Source of the DNA: Spirochaetia bacterium
GTDB lineage: Bacteria; Spirochaetota; Spirochaetia; CAKZLE01
NCBI GenBank assembly: GCA_021736385.1
Contig: JAIPFY010000008.1
Span: forward strand, 188 to 64,187
Length of the DNA: 64,000 bases
Direction of reading: 5' to 3'
The notes below the pieces were generated by a model. It saw only the letters and a program-made list of their open reading frames with translations, was not told the origin of the DNA and made no database searches. Of the stretch, positions 10,172-20,185 are shown one piece after another. Each line of letters opens with the position of its first letter. The first letter of the stretch is position 1. A program made the translations under genes and the position numbers.

Positions 10172-11214
10172 ACTGTTTCTCCCGTATCTGTGTGTTTTGT
10201 ATCATTACTCATCAGTCGTATCTTCCTTCTTGAGCTGCGATTCTGCAGCAGATAGTTGAGGACCATCACCAGCAGCAGAGCGAATCCCCACATGAACTTC
10301 TTGAAGAAGGGGCTGAAGGCCAGGATGTTCAGTCCGCTCTGAGTGATCTGCAGGATGAAGATCGCCATGATCACTCCGGGGATGTTCCCGAAGCCTCCGT
10401 CAGGATCCACTCCGCCGAGGACTACCACCAGGATGGCCTGCAGCAGGTATGCGGTACCGTATCCCGGTCGCATGGAGTTCGCCCGTGAGATCATGATCAC
10501 TGAGGCGAGTCCTGCAAGCAGAGCCGTGAGCATGTAGGTCTTGATCAGCACCTTGGTGTTATTGACTCCGGAGAACTTGGAGACCACCGGGCTCGATCCG
10601 ATCATGAACATGTTGAACCCCTGCTGGGTCTTGTTCAGCAGCACACTGACCAGATACGCGGCAGCGAGGAAGAGGATGAAGGAGATGGGTATCCCCAAAA
10701 AGTTCCCGTTCCCGATGACCATGAACTCCTCAGGGAACCCGCTGATGCTGTGTCCCTTGGTCAGTACGATCGACAGTCCCATGAACAGTCCCTGGGTCCC
10801 GAGGGTCGCCAGGATCGGCGGTACTCCGAGGAATGCGATCAACGAGCCGTTCGCCAGACCGGCCAGGGCCGATACCACCAGGATCGCCAGTACGGCCATC
10901 ACCATGGCCGTACCTGCGGGGGTGCCGTTCTCCACCGAGGCAGAGAGGATCTTCGCAGCGGCGACCCCTGTCAGGTTCGCGACAGCAACCACCGAAAGGT
11001 CGATACCACCGGTGATCATGGCGAGCATCATGGCAAGTGCCAGGAACCCGAATTCCGGGAACTGGGATGCCATCGATTGTATGTTGATCGATGTGAGGAA
11101 CTTGCTCGGCATGGCAAGGGCCATGACCAGCACGATTGCCATCATGATGATGAACAGAGTCTTATTCTTCGGGTTCTTGAAGGTAACAAGTCTCAGCATA
11201 GCTGCACTCTTCAT
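10168..11214 (-). CDS. sugar ABC transporter permease (RbsC-type)
   Basis: GGIDLSV, PILATLGT, hydrophobic; start reset to ATG 11214 behind AGGAGG. Confidence 0.92.
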
Positions 11215-11215
11215 C

Positions 11216-12226
11216 TCAAGCACCTCCTATTGATAGATTTCTTCTAGCCTGAAACTTGTTCTGTGCATAGGTGATACTCACCCCAAGGATGATGACCACA
11301 CCGATGAAGAACTGCTGCCAGTAGGAGGAGAGTCCCATGAGGATCAGGTTCTTCTCCAGGATGGTGATCAGGATCACACCGAGCATGGTGCCGGTAAGGG
11401 TACCGGTACCGCCGCTGATCCGTGCACCGCCGAGGACGACCGCCGCGATGACGCTCAATTCGGTTCCCACGAGGTAGTTCGGATTGCCGTAGCGGATCAT
11501 GGAGATGTGCATGACGCCCATGACCCCTGCAAGGAATCCCGCATAGCAGTAGATGAAGAACTGGATCTTATGGCTGTTATACCCGGTCCTCTTTGCCGCT
11601 TCTGCATTCCCGCCGATCGCATAGACTCCTCTTCCGACCATGGTGAACTTGAGGATGAACCAGGTCAGCAGGAGCAGGATCACGAGGATCAGGAAGAAGA
11701 TCGACAGGCCGTAGCTCGATCCGTCAGCTCGTGTGAGTGTCAGGATCTCGATCTTACCGAAGGCCTTGATGCTCTCGGGCAGATCCCCTGCATTCACGGC
11801 TTTGGTCCCGACCACTTCCAGCAGCAGCCCATGATAGAGACTGCTCGTTCCCAACGTCGTGATCAGGGTCGGCAGCTTGAAGATGGAGATGAACACGGCG
11901 TTGATCGCACCGAGGGAGACTCCGATGAGGATGGAGATCAGGAAGGCCAGCGCGATGCTGTCGATCCCCGTTGCGATGAGCACGTTCACCGATATGTACT
12001 GACCGGCGATCGCGATGGCCGTACAGGAGACGTCGATACCGCCTGAGAGCAGGACCAGGAACACCCCTATGGCAAGGATGGCGGTACCGGAACTGCTGCG
12101 AAGAAGATCGAACATGTTCTCAAGGGTGAGGAACACCGGATTGATCATCGTCAGAGCTGCAGAGAAGATCAGGATGATCAGTAGGATATAGGTCTCGTTA
12201 TGCTTCATCAGCTGTTTTATGTTCAT
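11216..12226 (-). CDS. sugar ABC transporter permease (RbsC-type)
   Basis: GGIDVS, YAIGGN.EAA, ELSVIAAVVLGG. Confidence 0.93.
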   Translation of the reverse strand: MNIKQLMKHNETYILLIILIFSAALTMINPVFLTLENMFDLLRSSSGTAILAIGVFLVLLSGGIDVSCTAIAIAGQYISVNVLIATGIDSIALAFLISILIGVSLGAINAVFISIFKLPTLITTLGTSSLYHGLLLEVVGTKAVNAGDLPESIKAFGKIEILTLTRADGSSYGLSIFFLILVILLLLTWFILKFTMVGRGVYAIGGNAEAAKRTGYNSHKIQFFIYCYAGFLAGVMGVMHISMIRYGNPNYLVGTELSVIAAVVLGGARISGGTGTLTGTMLGVILITILEKNLILMGLSSYWQQFFIGVVIILGVSITYAQNKFQARRNLSIGGA

Positions 12227-13746
12227 GCTTCCACTCCTGCGCTCGCTGCTCCGGTCACTATCTCATAGAGTTCCTCGGACGTCGTCGTTCGTGCATCGTC
12301 GATCTCTTTGATGATGCGGCCTTTTGACATGAGCAGGATCCTGTTGCAGTTATCGAGCACTTCCTGGATCTCGTCGGAGATCATGATGATGCCCATGCCC
12401 TCTCTGGCCAGATCACGTATGATGTCATGGATGGTGTGTTTCGACCCGATGTCGATCCCGATGGTCGGTCCGTCGAGGATGAACACCTTCGGGTTGATCG
12501 CCAGCCACTTGGCCAGGACCACCCGCTGCTGGTTGCCTCCGGAGAGGCTGTTGACCGGCAGGTTCCCATCCGGGGTCTTGATCTTGAGCCTCTCGATCCA
12601 GTCGTTCGCTGATCGCTTCTGCTTCGTGGTATCGAGCAGCCCGATCTTCTTCAGGAAGTTCTTCAAGATGGTGATCACGATGTTGTCCCCGATCGACTGG
12701 GCATCGAAGAGCCCCTGATTGAGTCGGTCTTCAGGGAGCAGCGCGATACCGTGGCGGATCGCATCACGAGGGTTGCTGATCTTCACCTCTTCTCCGTTCA
12801 TATACATCGTTCCCGAATCTGCAGGGTTCAGACCGAAGATCGACTGTACGATCTCAGTCCGTCCTGATCCGATCAGGCCGGTGATCCCGAGGATCTCTCC
12901 AGGCTGAAGGGAGAAGCTGATGTCCTGGTACTGCAGCTCTTTCGAGAAGGACTTCACCTCCAGAAGCGGTGATTTCTGCTTCATCTTCGTATCATAGACA
13001 TAGGGTTCGGCTTCGAGTTTCCGACCGGTCATGATGTAGACGAGTCGGTCATGATCGAGTTCGGAGGTCGGGTAGACCCCGACCTTCTTCCCGTCACGGA
13101 TGATGGTGATGTTCTCGGAGATCTCGAAGACCTCACTGAGTTTATGACTGACGAAGAGGGTCGCTATACCCTTCTTCTTTAAGTTCTGTATGATGGAGAA
13201 GAGGTGGTCCACCTCTTCCTTGGTGATCGCAGAGGTCGCCTCATCCATGATGATGAGTTTTGCATTCTGAGTCAGTGCCCGTGAGATGGCAATGATCTGC
13301 TTCTTGGCCATCGAGAGGTTCTCCACCCGCTCATCCAATGATATGTGAGCCTCACCGATCTCTTCAAGGGCCTTTCTCGCGGTCTCTCTGACCTCTTTCC
13401 ACTGTACGGTCTGCTGGTTGCTCTCGAGCATCTGGTTGACTGAGATGTTCTCTGCGACAGTCAGATTGGGAAAGAGTGAGAGATCCTGATAGATGATCTG
13501 CACACCCGAACGAATGGATTCTATGGCCTGGGAGCCTGAAAGCTGCTTCCCCTCTACCGTGATGGTACCGGAATCGGCCTTATGAACGCCGCCGATGATC
13601 TTGATCAGGGTCGATTTCCCTGAACCGTTCTCCCCGATCAGACAGTGGATCTCGCCTCTGCCGATGGTCAGGTCTACATCATCGAGGGCTTTCACACCGA
13701 CGAATGATTTACTGATGTGTTTTGCTTCTAGGAATACTTCCGACAT
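12223..13746 (-). CDS. sugar ABC transporter ATP-binding protein (RbsA-type, two NBDs)
   Basis: Walker A GENGSGKST, LSGGNQQ signature; start reset to MSEVFLEAK behind AGGAG. Confidence 0.95.
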   Translation of the reverse strand: MSEVFLEAKHISKSFVGVKALDDVDLTIGRGEIHCLIGENGSGKSTLIKIIGGVHKADSGTITVEGKQLSGSQAIESIRSGVQIIYQDLSLFPNLTVAENISVNQMLESNQQTVQWKEVRETARKALEEIGEAHISLDERVENLSMAKKQIIAISRALTQNAKLIIMDEATSAITKEEVDHLFSIIQNLKKKGIATLFVSHKLSEVFEISENITIIRDGKKVGVYPTSELDHDRLVYIMTGRKLEAEPYVYDTKMKQKSPLLEVKSFSKELQYQDISFSLQPGEILGITGLIGSGRTEIVQSIFGLNPADSGTMYMNGEEVKISNPRDAIRHGIALLPEDRLNQGLFDAQSIGDNIVITILKNFLKKIGLLDTTKQKRSANDWIERLKIKTPDGNLPVNSLSGGNQQRVVLAKWLAINPKVFILDGPTIGIDIGSKHTIHDIIRDLAREGMGIIMISDEIQEVLDNCNRILLMSKGRIIKEIDDARTTTSEELYEIVTGAASAGVEA

Positions 13747-13790
13747 GTTCTCTCCTGAGGGGCGAATATGGTCTGTATGGCTGTATACAG

Positions 13791-13825
13791 GCACAGGAGA
13801 TCCTTTGTTGAAGGATCTCCTGTGC
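13791..13825. terminator. intercistronic stem-loop downstream of the SBP gene
   Basis: Perfect 15-bp stem GCACAGGAGATCCTT/AAGGATCTCCTGTGC with 5-nt loop; no U-tract. Confidence 0.7.
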
Positions 13826-13838
13826 GCAGTATCACTGA

Positions 13839-14879
13839 TTACAGTTTGTAGCTGCCGTCTGCGTTGGTCCAATCTGAGAGGTTGTCTTTGTCGACATCAA
13901 CCCATGCCTGGCCGTATACGACTGGTACGCCTGCTTCGTTCTTCTTGATGGTGATGGACTCGTATCCGGGAGCTCCCAGATCCATGCCCTCTACGATCTC
14001 TTCACCCTTGAGCATCATGTATGCGAGTTTGGCTGTCGCATATCCTGCATCTGCCGGTACCCAGAAGTGGATCGACTGAGCAGCACCGCTCTTGAGGTAA
14101 TCACCGGCTACTGATGGGAGACAGGTGCCGAATGCGGCGACTTTCCCGATCATGCCTTTCTCTTCGATGGCTGCTGCTGCACCGGGGACGGTACTCATGG
14201 CACTACCCATGATAGCTTTCAGGTCAGGGTTCTTCTTCAGCAGTTCAAGAGTCCGTTCGTATGCGATCTGCTGGTTCTCCTGGTCCTCTTCTCTGGTAGC
14301 AGGTCTGACGAGGTTGGGGTACTTCTCTGCCATCTGTTCCATCTCTCCATCGACCCACTGGTTGTGTGTCGGGGAAGTAAGGAATCCTACGAATGGCTGC
14401 CATACGCCTTCTCCGCCCATCCACTCTGCCATGACGTCCATCATATGTCGTCCATAGGCGTTGTTGTCAAAGGCTTCAAGGTCGAAGCTCACCTGTTTCT
14501 GGTTGGAAGCTTCATGAGTGAAGGTAAGGATACCGGCCTCATTGGCTTTCTTGAAGACAGGTACGAGGGACTCGGGGTCGTTAGGTACTACCAGGATAGC
14601 ATCCACACCCTTTGCGATGAGGTCATTGATGATAGCGACCTGAGCTGCAGGGTCTGCAGTATCAGCACCTACCTGGTAGGCATTCACATCATCATACTCT
14701 TCGTTGAATCGTTCGATCCCCAGTCTCATATTGTCGAACCAGGCGACTCCTTCAAGCTTCACGACCATCGCGATCTCGAATACATCATCTTTTGCCTCAG
14801 CCTCTGGCTGCCCGCCGGCAAAAGCCAGTCCTGTCGCAGCAATGGCCAGGACCATCATAACAGCAAATAGTCTTTTCAC
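13839..14879 (-). CDS. sugar ABC substrate-binding protein (LsrB/RhaS-like PBP type I)
   Basis: Signal peptide, IAMVVKLEGVAWF, DPAAQV..I.DLIAKGVDAILVVPND, FWVPADAGY; GTG start with AGGAGG. Confidence 0.9.
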   Translation of the reverse strand: MKRLFAVMMVLAIAATGLAFAGGQPEAEAKDDVFEIAMVVKLEGVAWFDNMRLGIERFNEEYDDVNAYQVGADTADPAAQVAIINDLIAKGVDAILVVPNDPESLVPVFKKANEAGILTFTHEASNQKQVSFDLEAFDNNAYGRHMMDVMAEWMGGEGVWQPFVGFLTSPTHNQWVDGEMEQMAEKYPNLVRPATREEDQENQQIAYERTLELLKKNPDLKAIMGSAMSTVPGAAAAIEEKGMIGKVAAFGTCLPSVAGDYLKSGAAQSIHFWVPADAGYATAKLAYMMLKGEEIVEGMDLGAPGYESITIKKNEAGVPVVYGQAWVDVDKDNLSDWTNADGSYKL

Positions 14880-15166
14880 GATCTACCTCCTAAAATTTAG
14901 AAAAACACCTAAAATTCATGACCTGTTTTTACCTGACAACCATACTCATACGAAATGGCATCAGATAGGTACATTTCACTTGATTCAGTATCCACCGACT
15001 TTTGTAATTTGTCAAATATAAATTCTATAATTTAAATTTTTACAAAAGTAAAAGTTTTCTTCCAGAATCATCGGGTAAAACAAACATCACATGTGTGTCC
15101 CCCACCTCGTATATCATCACCTTAAATCGGTATCACTCAATTGTCAAGAAATTTTTATATATATAG

Positions 15167-15183
15167 CTACTAAACTTTAGTAG
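15167..15183. promoter_or_regulatory. candidate LacI-family operator
   Basis: Inverted repeat CTACTAAA-C-TTTAGTAG in the divergent intergenic region; related CTAAAATTTAG at 14890-14900. Confidence 0.5.
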
Positions 15184-15254
15184 AAATTTATTCTTGTTTT
15201 ATCTATTATTTTAGTCTATAATTCCCTTAACAACTCCAGAAGTATGAGGATCGT

Positions 15255-16280
15255 ATGAAGGTAACCATCAAAGATATCGCCCATGAAGCTGAAGTCTCAG
15301 TCTCCGCTGTATCCCTGGCACTGAACAACAAACCTGGGGTGAGTGACGATACGCGTGAGCGGATCGTGAAGACAGCCAGAGAGATGGGATACGACCTCTC
15401 ACCGAAGAAGGACGCTCAGCCTGATGCCATCGTACGGGTCCTCAAGATCCAGCGACATGGACATACGATCAACAGTAGTCATAACTTCTTCATAGATGCC
15501 TATGTCGATGGGATCAATGCCATAGCACGGACGATGGGCGTGACGCTGGAGATCGGCACCTACGGGGTCGATACCCCGATCTCAGTCATCGCCGAGCGGA
15601 TGACCACATCCTTGCAGATCAAGGGCTATCTGATCCTTGGTACCGAGCTGAGTGTGGATGATGTGCAGACATTGATCGACAGCGGAAGGAACATGGTCTT
15701 CATGGATACCTTCCTGGACTATATCCCGGCCGATTTCGTCGATATGAACAATACCGATGCAGTCTACAAGGCGGTGAGCTACCTCATAGAGCATGGACAC
15801 CGGCAGATAGGACTGCTCAAGAGCAGCATCAAGACACGCAACTTCTTTCTCAGGGAAGAGGCGTTCTATAAGGTCATGGACTATTTCGGACTGCAGGTAG
15901 GCAGGCAGTTCATCATCGATGTGGATTCCACCTTCGATGGGGCCTATAGAGATATGAAGCGGTATCTGAAGAAGTCCCCTGAGCTTCCCACCGCGTACTT
16001 CGCCATCAATGACATCGTCGGTCTCGGCTGCATGAAAGCCCTGCAGGAGTCAGGGTTCATGATCCCCGATGACCTCTCCCTGATAGCGTTTGACAATCTT
16101 CCCATGGCTTCCATGGTCTCCCCCGCCCTGACCACCATCGATGTATCACAGCATAAGATCGGGCAGAACGCTCTGACTATGCTGCTCTCGAAGTCTGGAC
16201 ACAATGAGTGCACCTCATCGATGAAGACGATGATCGGCGGTAAGCTCATCGAACGGGAGAGCGTGAAGCAGATCGGGTAG
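15255..16280 (+). CDS. LacI family transcriptional regulator
   Basis: TIKDIA.EAEVSVSAVS.ALN HTH; IPDDLSLIAFDN, PALTTI. Confidence 0.95.
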   Translation: MKVTIKDIAHEAEVSVSAVSLALNNKPGVSDDTRERIVKTAREMGYDLSPKKDAQPDAIVRVLKIQRHGHTINSSHNFFIDAYVDGINAIARTMGVTLEIGTYGVDTPISVIAERMTTSLQIKGYLILGTELSVDDVQTLIDSGRNMVFMDTFLDYIPADFVDMNNTDAVYKAVSYLIEHGHRQIGLLKSSIKTRNFFLREEAFYKVMDYFGLQVGRQFIIDVDSTFDGAYRDMKRYLKKSPELPTAYFAINDIVGLGCMKALQESGFMIPDDLSLIAFDNLPMASMVSPALTTIDVSQHKIGQNALTMLLSKSGHNECTSSMKTMIGGKLIERESVKQIG

Positions 16281-16297
16281 ACCAGCACTGAACAAAG

Positions 16298-16336
16298 AGA
16301 TCCTGCAGCGACAGGGATACCGTAGCTGCAGGATCT
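16298..16336. terminator. stem-loop between convergent genes (probable bidirectional terminator)
   Basis: 12-bp stem AGATCCTGCAGC/GCTGCAGGATCT. Confidence 0.65.
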
Positions 16337-16376
16337 TTCAGTAAAGGGACTTAGCCTGTTCTGGCAGTCAGCGGCA

Positions 16377-17168
16377 CTACCGGTGCAGCTTCGGGTCATA
16401 GACGGGATTCTTCAAGGTGAGCGGTATCCCTTCCAGTTCTATCTCAACGATATCTCCATCATGCATAGGCTGTACATTATGAGGAGTACCTGTCGATATG
16501 ATATCACCCGGGTAGAGCGTCCTGCTCTGAGAGAAATAGGAGACGATCGCAGCACAGTCAAACAGGAAATCGGAAGTGTTTCCCTCCTGTACCTGTTTCC
16601 CGTTCATATAGGTCCTGACCGTCACTCGGTCTGGATCCAACTCTGTATCGATGATAGGACCGAACGAGGTGAACGAATCGAAACTCTTACTGTACGTGAC
16701 TTGTGTCGAGTTGTAGCTCATCTCCCGTTCAGTCACATCATTCAACGGGGTCACCCCCAGAATATGCTCCATCGCTTCCTCAGCTGTCACATCCTTGATC
16801 ATATGTTTGATCACCAGTGCCATCTCCCCTTCATAATCCACACGCTTGGCTACGGCTGGGTATATGATCGGTTCTCCCGGATGGACGACACCAGTCACGG
16901 GTTTCATAAAATTAGCCGGTAATACGGGTGTCGGCAGACCCAGTTCCTGAATATGTCTCTTGAAGTTCAGCCCGACACAGTAGATATTCCTGGGCTCACA
17001 GGGATAGAGCAGCTGAACATCTTCTACTGCATACTGCTGCTCTGTGATGGTAAACTGCTCAAATATCGAGCCCTCAATACAAGAGATCTTTCCATTATCA
17101 TATACACCATACCGTACCTGCTCTGTTTCCTGATCGGTACAGGGTTCTCGAAATCGTACGAATCTCAT
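16377..17168 (-). CDS. fumarylacetoacetate hydrolase family protein
   Basis: CVGLNF, FMKP, DYEGEM, NDVTER, SKSFD, GDIISTGTP. Confidence 0.93.
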   Translation of the reverse strand: MRFVRFREPCTDQETEQVRYGVYDNGKISCIEGSIFEQFTITEQQYAVEDVQLLYPCEPRNIYCVGLNFKRHIQELGLPTPVLPANFMKPVTGVVHPGEPIIYPAVAKRVDYEGEMALVIKHMIKDVTAEEAMEHILGVTPLNDVTEREMSYNSTQVTYSKSFDSFTSFGPIIDTELDPDRVTVRTYMNGKQVQEGNTSDFLFDCAAIVSYFSQSRTLYPGDIISTGTPHNVQPMHDGDIVEIELEGIPLTLKNPVYDPKLHR

Positions 17169-17186
17169 AGCTTTTCTCCTCTGGAA

Positions 17187-18068
17187 CTAGATCATCCCAA
17201 GACGTCTCAATTCCTGTTTGATAGCTGCTTTCTCTGCATCGGTTGCTGTGATGAACGGTCTTCGGGGATACGAGGTCAAGATCCCGCGAATCTCAAGCAT
17301 GGCATAGATCGCCAACTGCGTAGATTGAGCGAGATACATGACATCACGCAGTTCATTGATCTTGAACTGTGTATCACGACAGGCCTCGAAATCACCGGCC
17401 ATACCCTGTTCGAACATGGCTTTGTTGATCTCAGGGAATGCATTGGCAAGTCCGGGAATGAATGCCTGACAGCCCAGGACACAGGCAGATGCGAACATGG
17501 CTTCTGTACCAAGGGCTACATCGAATGACTCATCTTTCAGTACTCGATGGTATGAGGCATGTGTGAGGATATCGAAGGTCGCGTCCTTCACCCCTGCAAG
17601 TCCTCGTCTTTTCAATTCCTTGAGCAGTTCAAGATTGATCTCATACCCCTGGAACCCGGGATTGTTGTACAGATAGACCGGGATATCCACAGACTCGATC
17701 AGATCTGTGTAGAAATCGATCAGATCCCCTGCTTTATGCGAAAAATAGAACGGACCGACAGCTGCAACAGCTGCAACCCCGCAGGACTGGGCATGCTGCG
17801 CCAGTTCGATCGATTCCCGGTTGTTCGTCGTTCCAACCATGGGTATGACCGGTATCTTACCTTCTACACTGTTGACTGTGACTTCAACGACCTGTTTTCG
17901 TTCTTCCAGAGTCATCATGGGACCAGCTCCATACGAACCGGTTATGAACAGGCCATCGACTTCATCCTTGAGATACTGTGAGAGTACCTTCAGACCGTCA
18001 ACATCCAATGCACCATCCTCTTTGAACGGGGTGATCATGGGGGGGACTACGCCCTTCATCTTAAACAT
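17187..18068 (-). CDS. DHDPS/N-acetylneuraminate lyase family aldolase or dehydratase
   Basis: MITPF, GLFITGSYG, YLYNNP (catalytic Tyr), GVKDA (Schiff-base Lys). Confidence 0.9.
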   Translation of the reverse strand: MFKMKGVVPPMITPFKEDGALDVDGLKVLSQYLKDEVDGLFITGSYGAGPMMTLEERKQVVEVTVNSVEGKIPVIPMVGTTNNRESIELAQHAQSCGVAAVAAVGPFYFSHKAGDLIDFYTDLIESVDIPVYLYNNPGFQGYEINLELLKELKRRGLAGVKDATFDILTHASYHRVLKDESFDVALGTEAMFASACVLGCQAFIPGLANAFPEINKAMFEQGMAGDFEACRDTQFKINELRDVMYLAQSTQLAIYAMLEIRGILTSYPRRPFITATDAEKAAIKQELRRLGMI

Positions 18069-18154
18069 ATACTACTCCTCTATAAAATAATTTTTATTGC
18101 TTTGTATTACTGATTCCAGATCCTTCCTGTCCCTCTCGTATCCTGCAGCATGCG

Positions 18155-19186
18155 TCATCCCTCCAGGATCCCTGCCGCTCTGGCGATCGCTAACGAACCT
18201 GTGATGTTCAAGGCATCGATCCGTGCCTCGTCGGTGATATGGTGAATAGCACCAGTCCACCCTGACCACTCTTTCAGGACATATGCATAGATCTCACACC
18301 GCTGAGGGTCTCCCACGAGGAACAGCTGAGAATCATTGCTGCAGCCTAATGCATATAGCTGATTCAGTGCTTTCATATCCTCGAAGGCGATCAGAGATTC
18401 GACAAACAGCTTCCGCTCATACCAGGAGGTATCAAGAAGTACATCCATGAACCTCCCCATCATCAGAGACCTGAGGAACCCTCCCTTCTCAAGAGCATCA
18501 CATGCCATATCCACGATTTCCGGATGCCACCAGGAGAAGGGTTTCGGCTCTGCAGGTTCCTGTATCGATTTACCGATGAAGGTCTCATTCTTCAGGGCAC
18601 GATACATCTGCCCTGATATCGTAGTGATACTCCCTGTTATGTTCAGATCACTATCGACTGCGATGAACTTGGTGTGGGAAGAGAGAACCGTGATGACATA
18701 GGGTGGTGAGGTGTCCTGTGATTCAAGAAGACCGAACACCTGGACTTCTTCACCTCGCATGAAATCCAGGCTTCCTACACTGCTGATCCCAGCATCGCCT
18801 TCTCTCTGATAGTTCTTTATCCCGGGAATCAGATAGATCGGGATTGCGACTGGCAACAGGGTACTGTCATGCATCACATGGAGGTTCCTTGCCAGTTCTC
18901 TCTTATCAGCAGGAGCACTGCGATGAGGAACAGCTGTGATACCCAACTCCGACGTGATCATGCCTGCAGCGATCGCCAGAGTAAGTTGTCCCGGCTCCAG
19001 TTCGGCTTCAGCGCAGGCGTTGAGAAAACAGTCGGAGATAGCCGTCCGCAGCGTGAGGTTCGACCCCTCTATCGCTGTATTGCGTACCCCCACGGCAGTT
19101 GCCGATCGTCCATACACCTGGCCGGTCTCATCTATGACATAGACTCTTGTCGTTGACGTCCCACAATCGATGGTTGCTAGATACAT
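18155..19186 (-). CDS. dgoK: 2-dehydro-3-deoxygalactonokinase family
   Basis: IDCGTSTTR, GMITS..G, DFMRGEEVQ, SHTK motifs. Confidence 0.85.
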   Translation of the reverse strand: MYLATIDCGTSTTRVYVIDETGQVYGRSATAVGVRNTAIEGSNLTLRTAISDCFLNACAEAELEPGQLTLAIAAGMITSELGITAVPHRSAPADKRELARNLHVMHDSTLLPVAIPIYLIPGIKNYQREGDAGISSVGSLDFMRGEEVQVFGLLESQDTSPPYVITVLSSHTKFIAVDSDLNITGSITTISGQMYRALKNETFIGKSIQEPAEPKPFSWWHPEIVDMACDALEKGGFLRSLMMGRFMDVLLDTSWYERKLFVESLIAFEDMKALNQLYALGCSNDSQLFLVGDPQRCEIYAYVLKEWSGWTGAIHHITDEARIDALNITGSLAIARAAGILEG

Positions 19187-20181
19187 GATATGCTCCTCTC
19201 TGTGCTGCCCGGGATAGGATGTAATGGATTCATGCCTGAAAGGGCCCTCTTGATCTCTTCTGCCGCAGTCTGCCGTGCCTCGAGGAGAGCCTCTTCTGTG
19301 TAATACGCGATATGGGGAGTGATAAAGCAGTTCTCAAGCTGAAGCAGGGGGTGTTGTGATGCATCCCACGTCCTTGATACTGATGGCTCGTGTTCCAATA
19401 CATCCAGGGCAGCTGCAGCGATGGAGTGCTGTGTGAGGGCATGAGCCAACGCACTCTGATCGACGATGCTTCCTCTGGCACAGTTGATGAGTACCGAGTC
19501 TGATCCCATCATTTCCAGCTCCTCTGGACCGATCATATGGTGGGTCTCCTCAGTATAGGGACACAGGATCACAAGCACATCGGATCGCAACAGCAGTCGC
19601 TGTCTGTCCACGAAGCTGATACCGTATCGTTCCTCAAGGGATGTATCCACCGTCCTCGTGTGCACAAGGACAGTACAGCCCAGCGCCTTCACCTTCACTG
19701 CGACAGCTCTGGCTATCCTGCCAAATCCAATGATCCCCACAGTCAGATGTGACGTCCTGTGAACAGGGAGTCCCGTCTCATCCCAACTCCAAAGTCCTTC
19801 CCGTGTACGTCGTATGAAAAACGGGATCCTGCGGGTAAGCATGAGCATCGCAGTAAGTACATAGTTGGAGACTTCTTCCAGGCAATAGTCCGGGACATGG
19901 GTACACAGGACTCCTCGCCTGGTTGCTGCAGCTACATCGATCGCATCATAGCCTGCACCGTAACGGGCAATGATCTGCAGGTCCGGCATGCGATCGAGCA
20001 GAGATGCTGGTATGCTGGCATATTGTACGATCAATCCATATGCATCAGCTGCCTGCTCCCCCAGTGTCACAGAATCTCGACAATCAAGCCGAATCAGCTC
20101 GACCGCCTCTTCTGAGAGTACGGCTTGCTCGATACTGACATCGGGAAAGTCACTGTCAGTGATGTACACCCGTTTCTTCAT
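19177..20181 (-). CDS. D-isomer 2-hydroxyacid dehydrogenase (CtBP-like subfamily)
   Basis: RYGAGYD, VPDYC, GIIGFGRI, INCARG, LDVLEHEP, TPHIAY; start reset to MKKRVY. Confidence 0.9.
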   Translation of the reverse strand: MKKRVYITDSDFPDVSIEQAVLSEEAVELIRLDCRDSVTLGEQAADAYGLIVQYASIPASLLDRMPDLQIIARYGAGYDAIDVAAATRRGVLCTHVPDYCLEEVSNYVLTAMLMLTRRIPFFIRRTREGLWSWDETGLPVHRTSHLTVGIIGFGRIARAVAVKVKALGCTVLVHTRTVDTSLEERYGISFVDRQRLLLRSDVLVILCPYTEETHHMIGPEELEMMGSDSVLINCARGSIVDQSALAHALTQHSIAAAALDVLEHEPSVSRTWDASQHPLLQLENCFITPHIAYYTEEALLEARQTAAEEIKRALSGMNPLHPIPGSTERSISCI

Positions 20182-20185
20182 CCTC

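Noticed and set aside
13839-14879. AI-2 quorum-sensing lsr operon
   Set aside because: The SBP is LsrB-like but lsrR, lsrF and lsrG are absent; the family binds many sugars.
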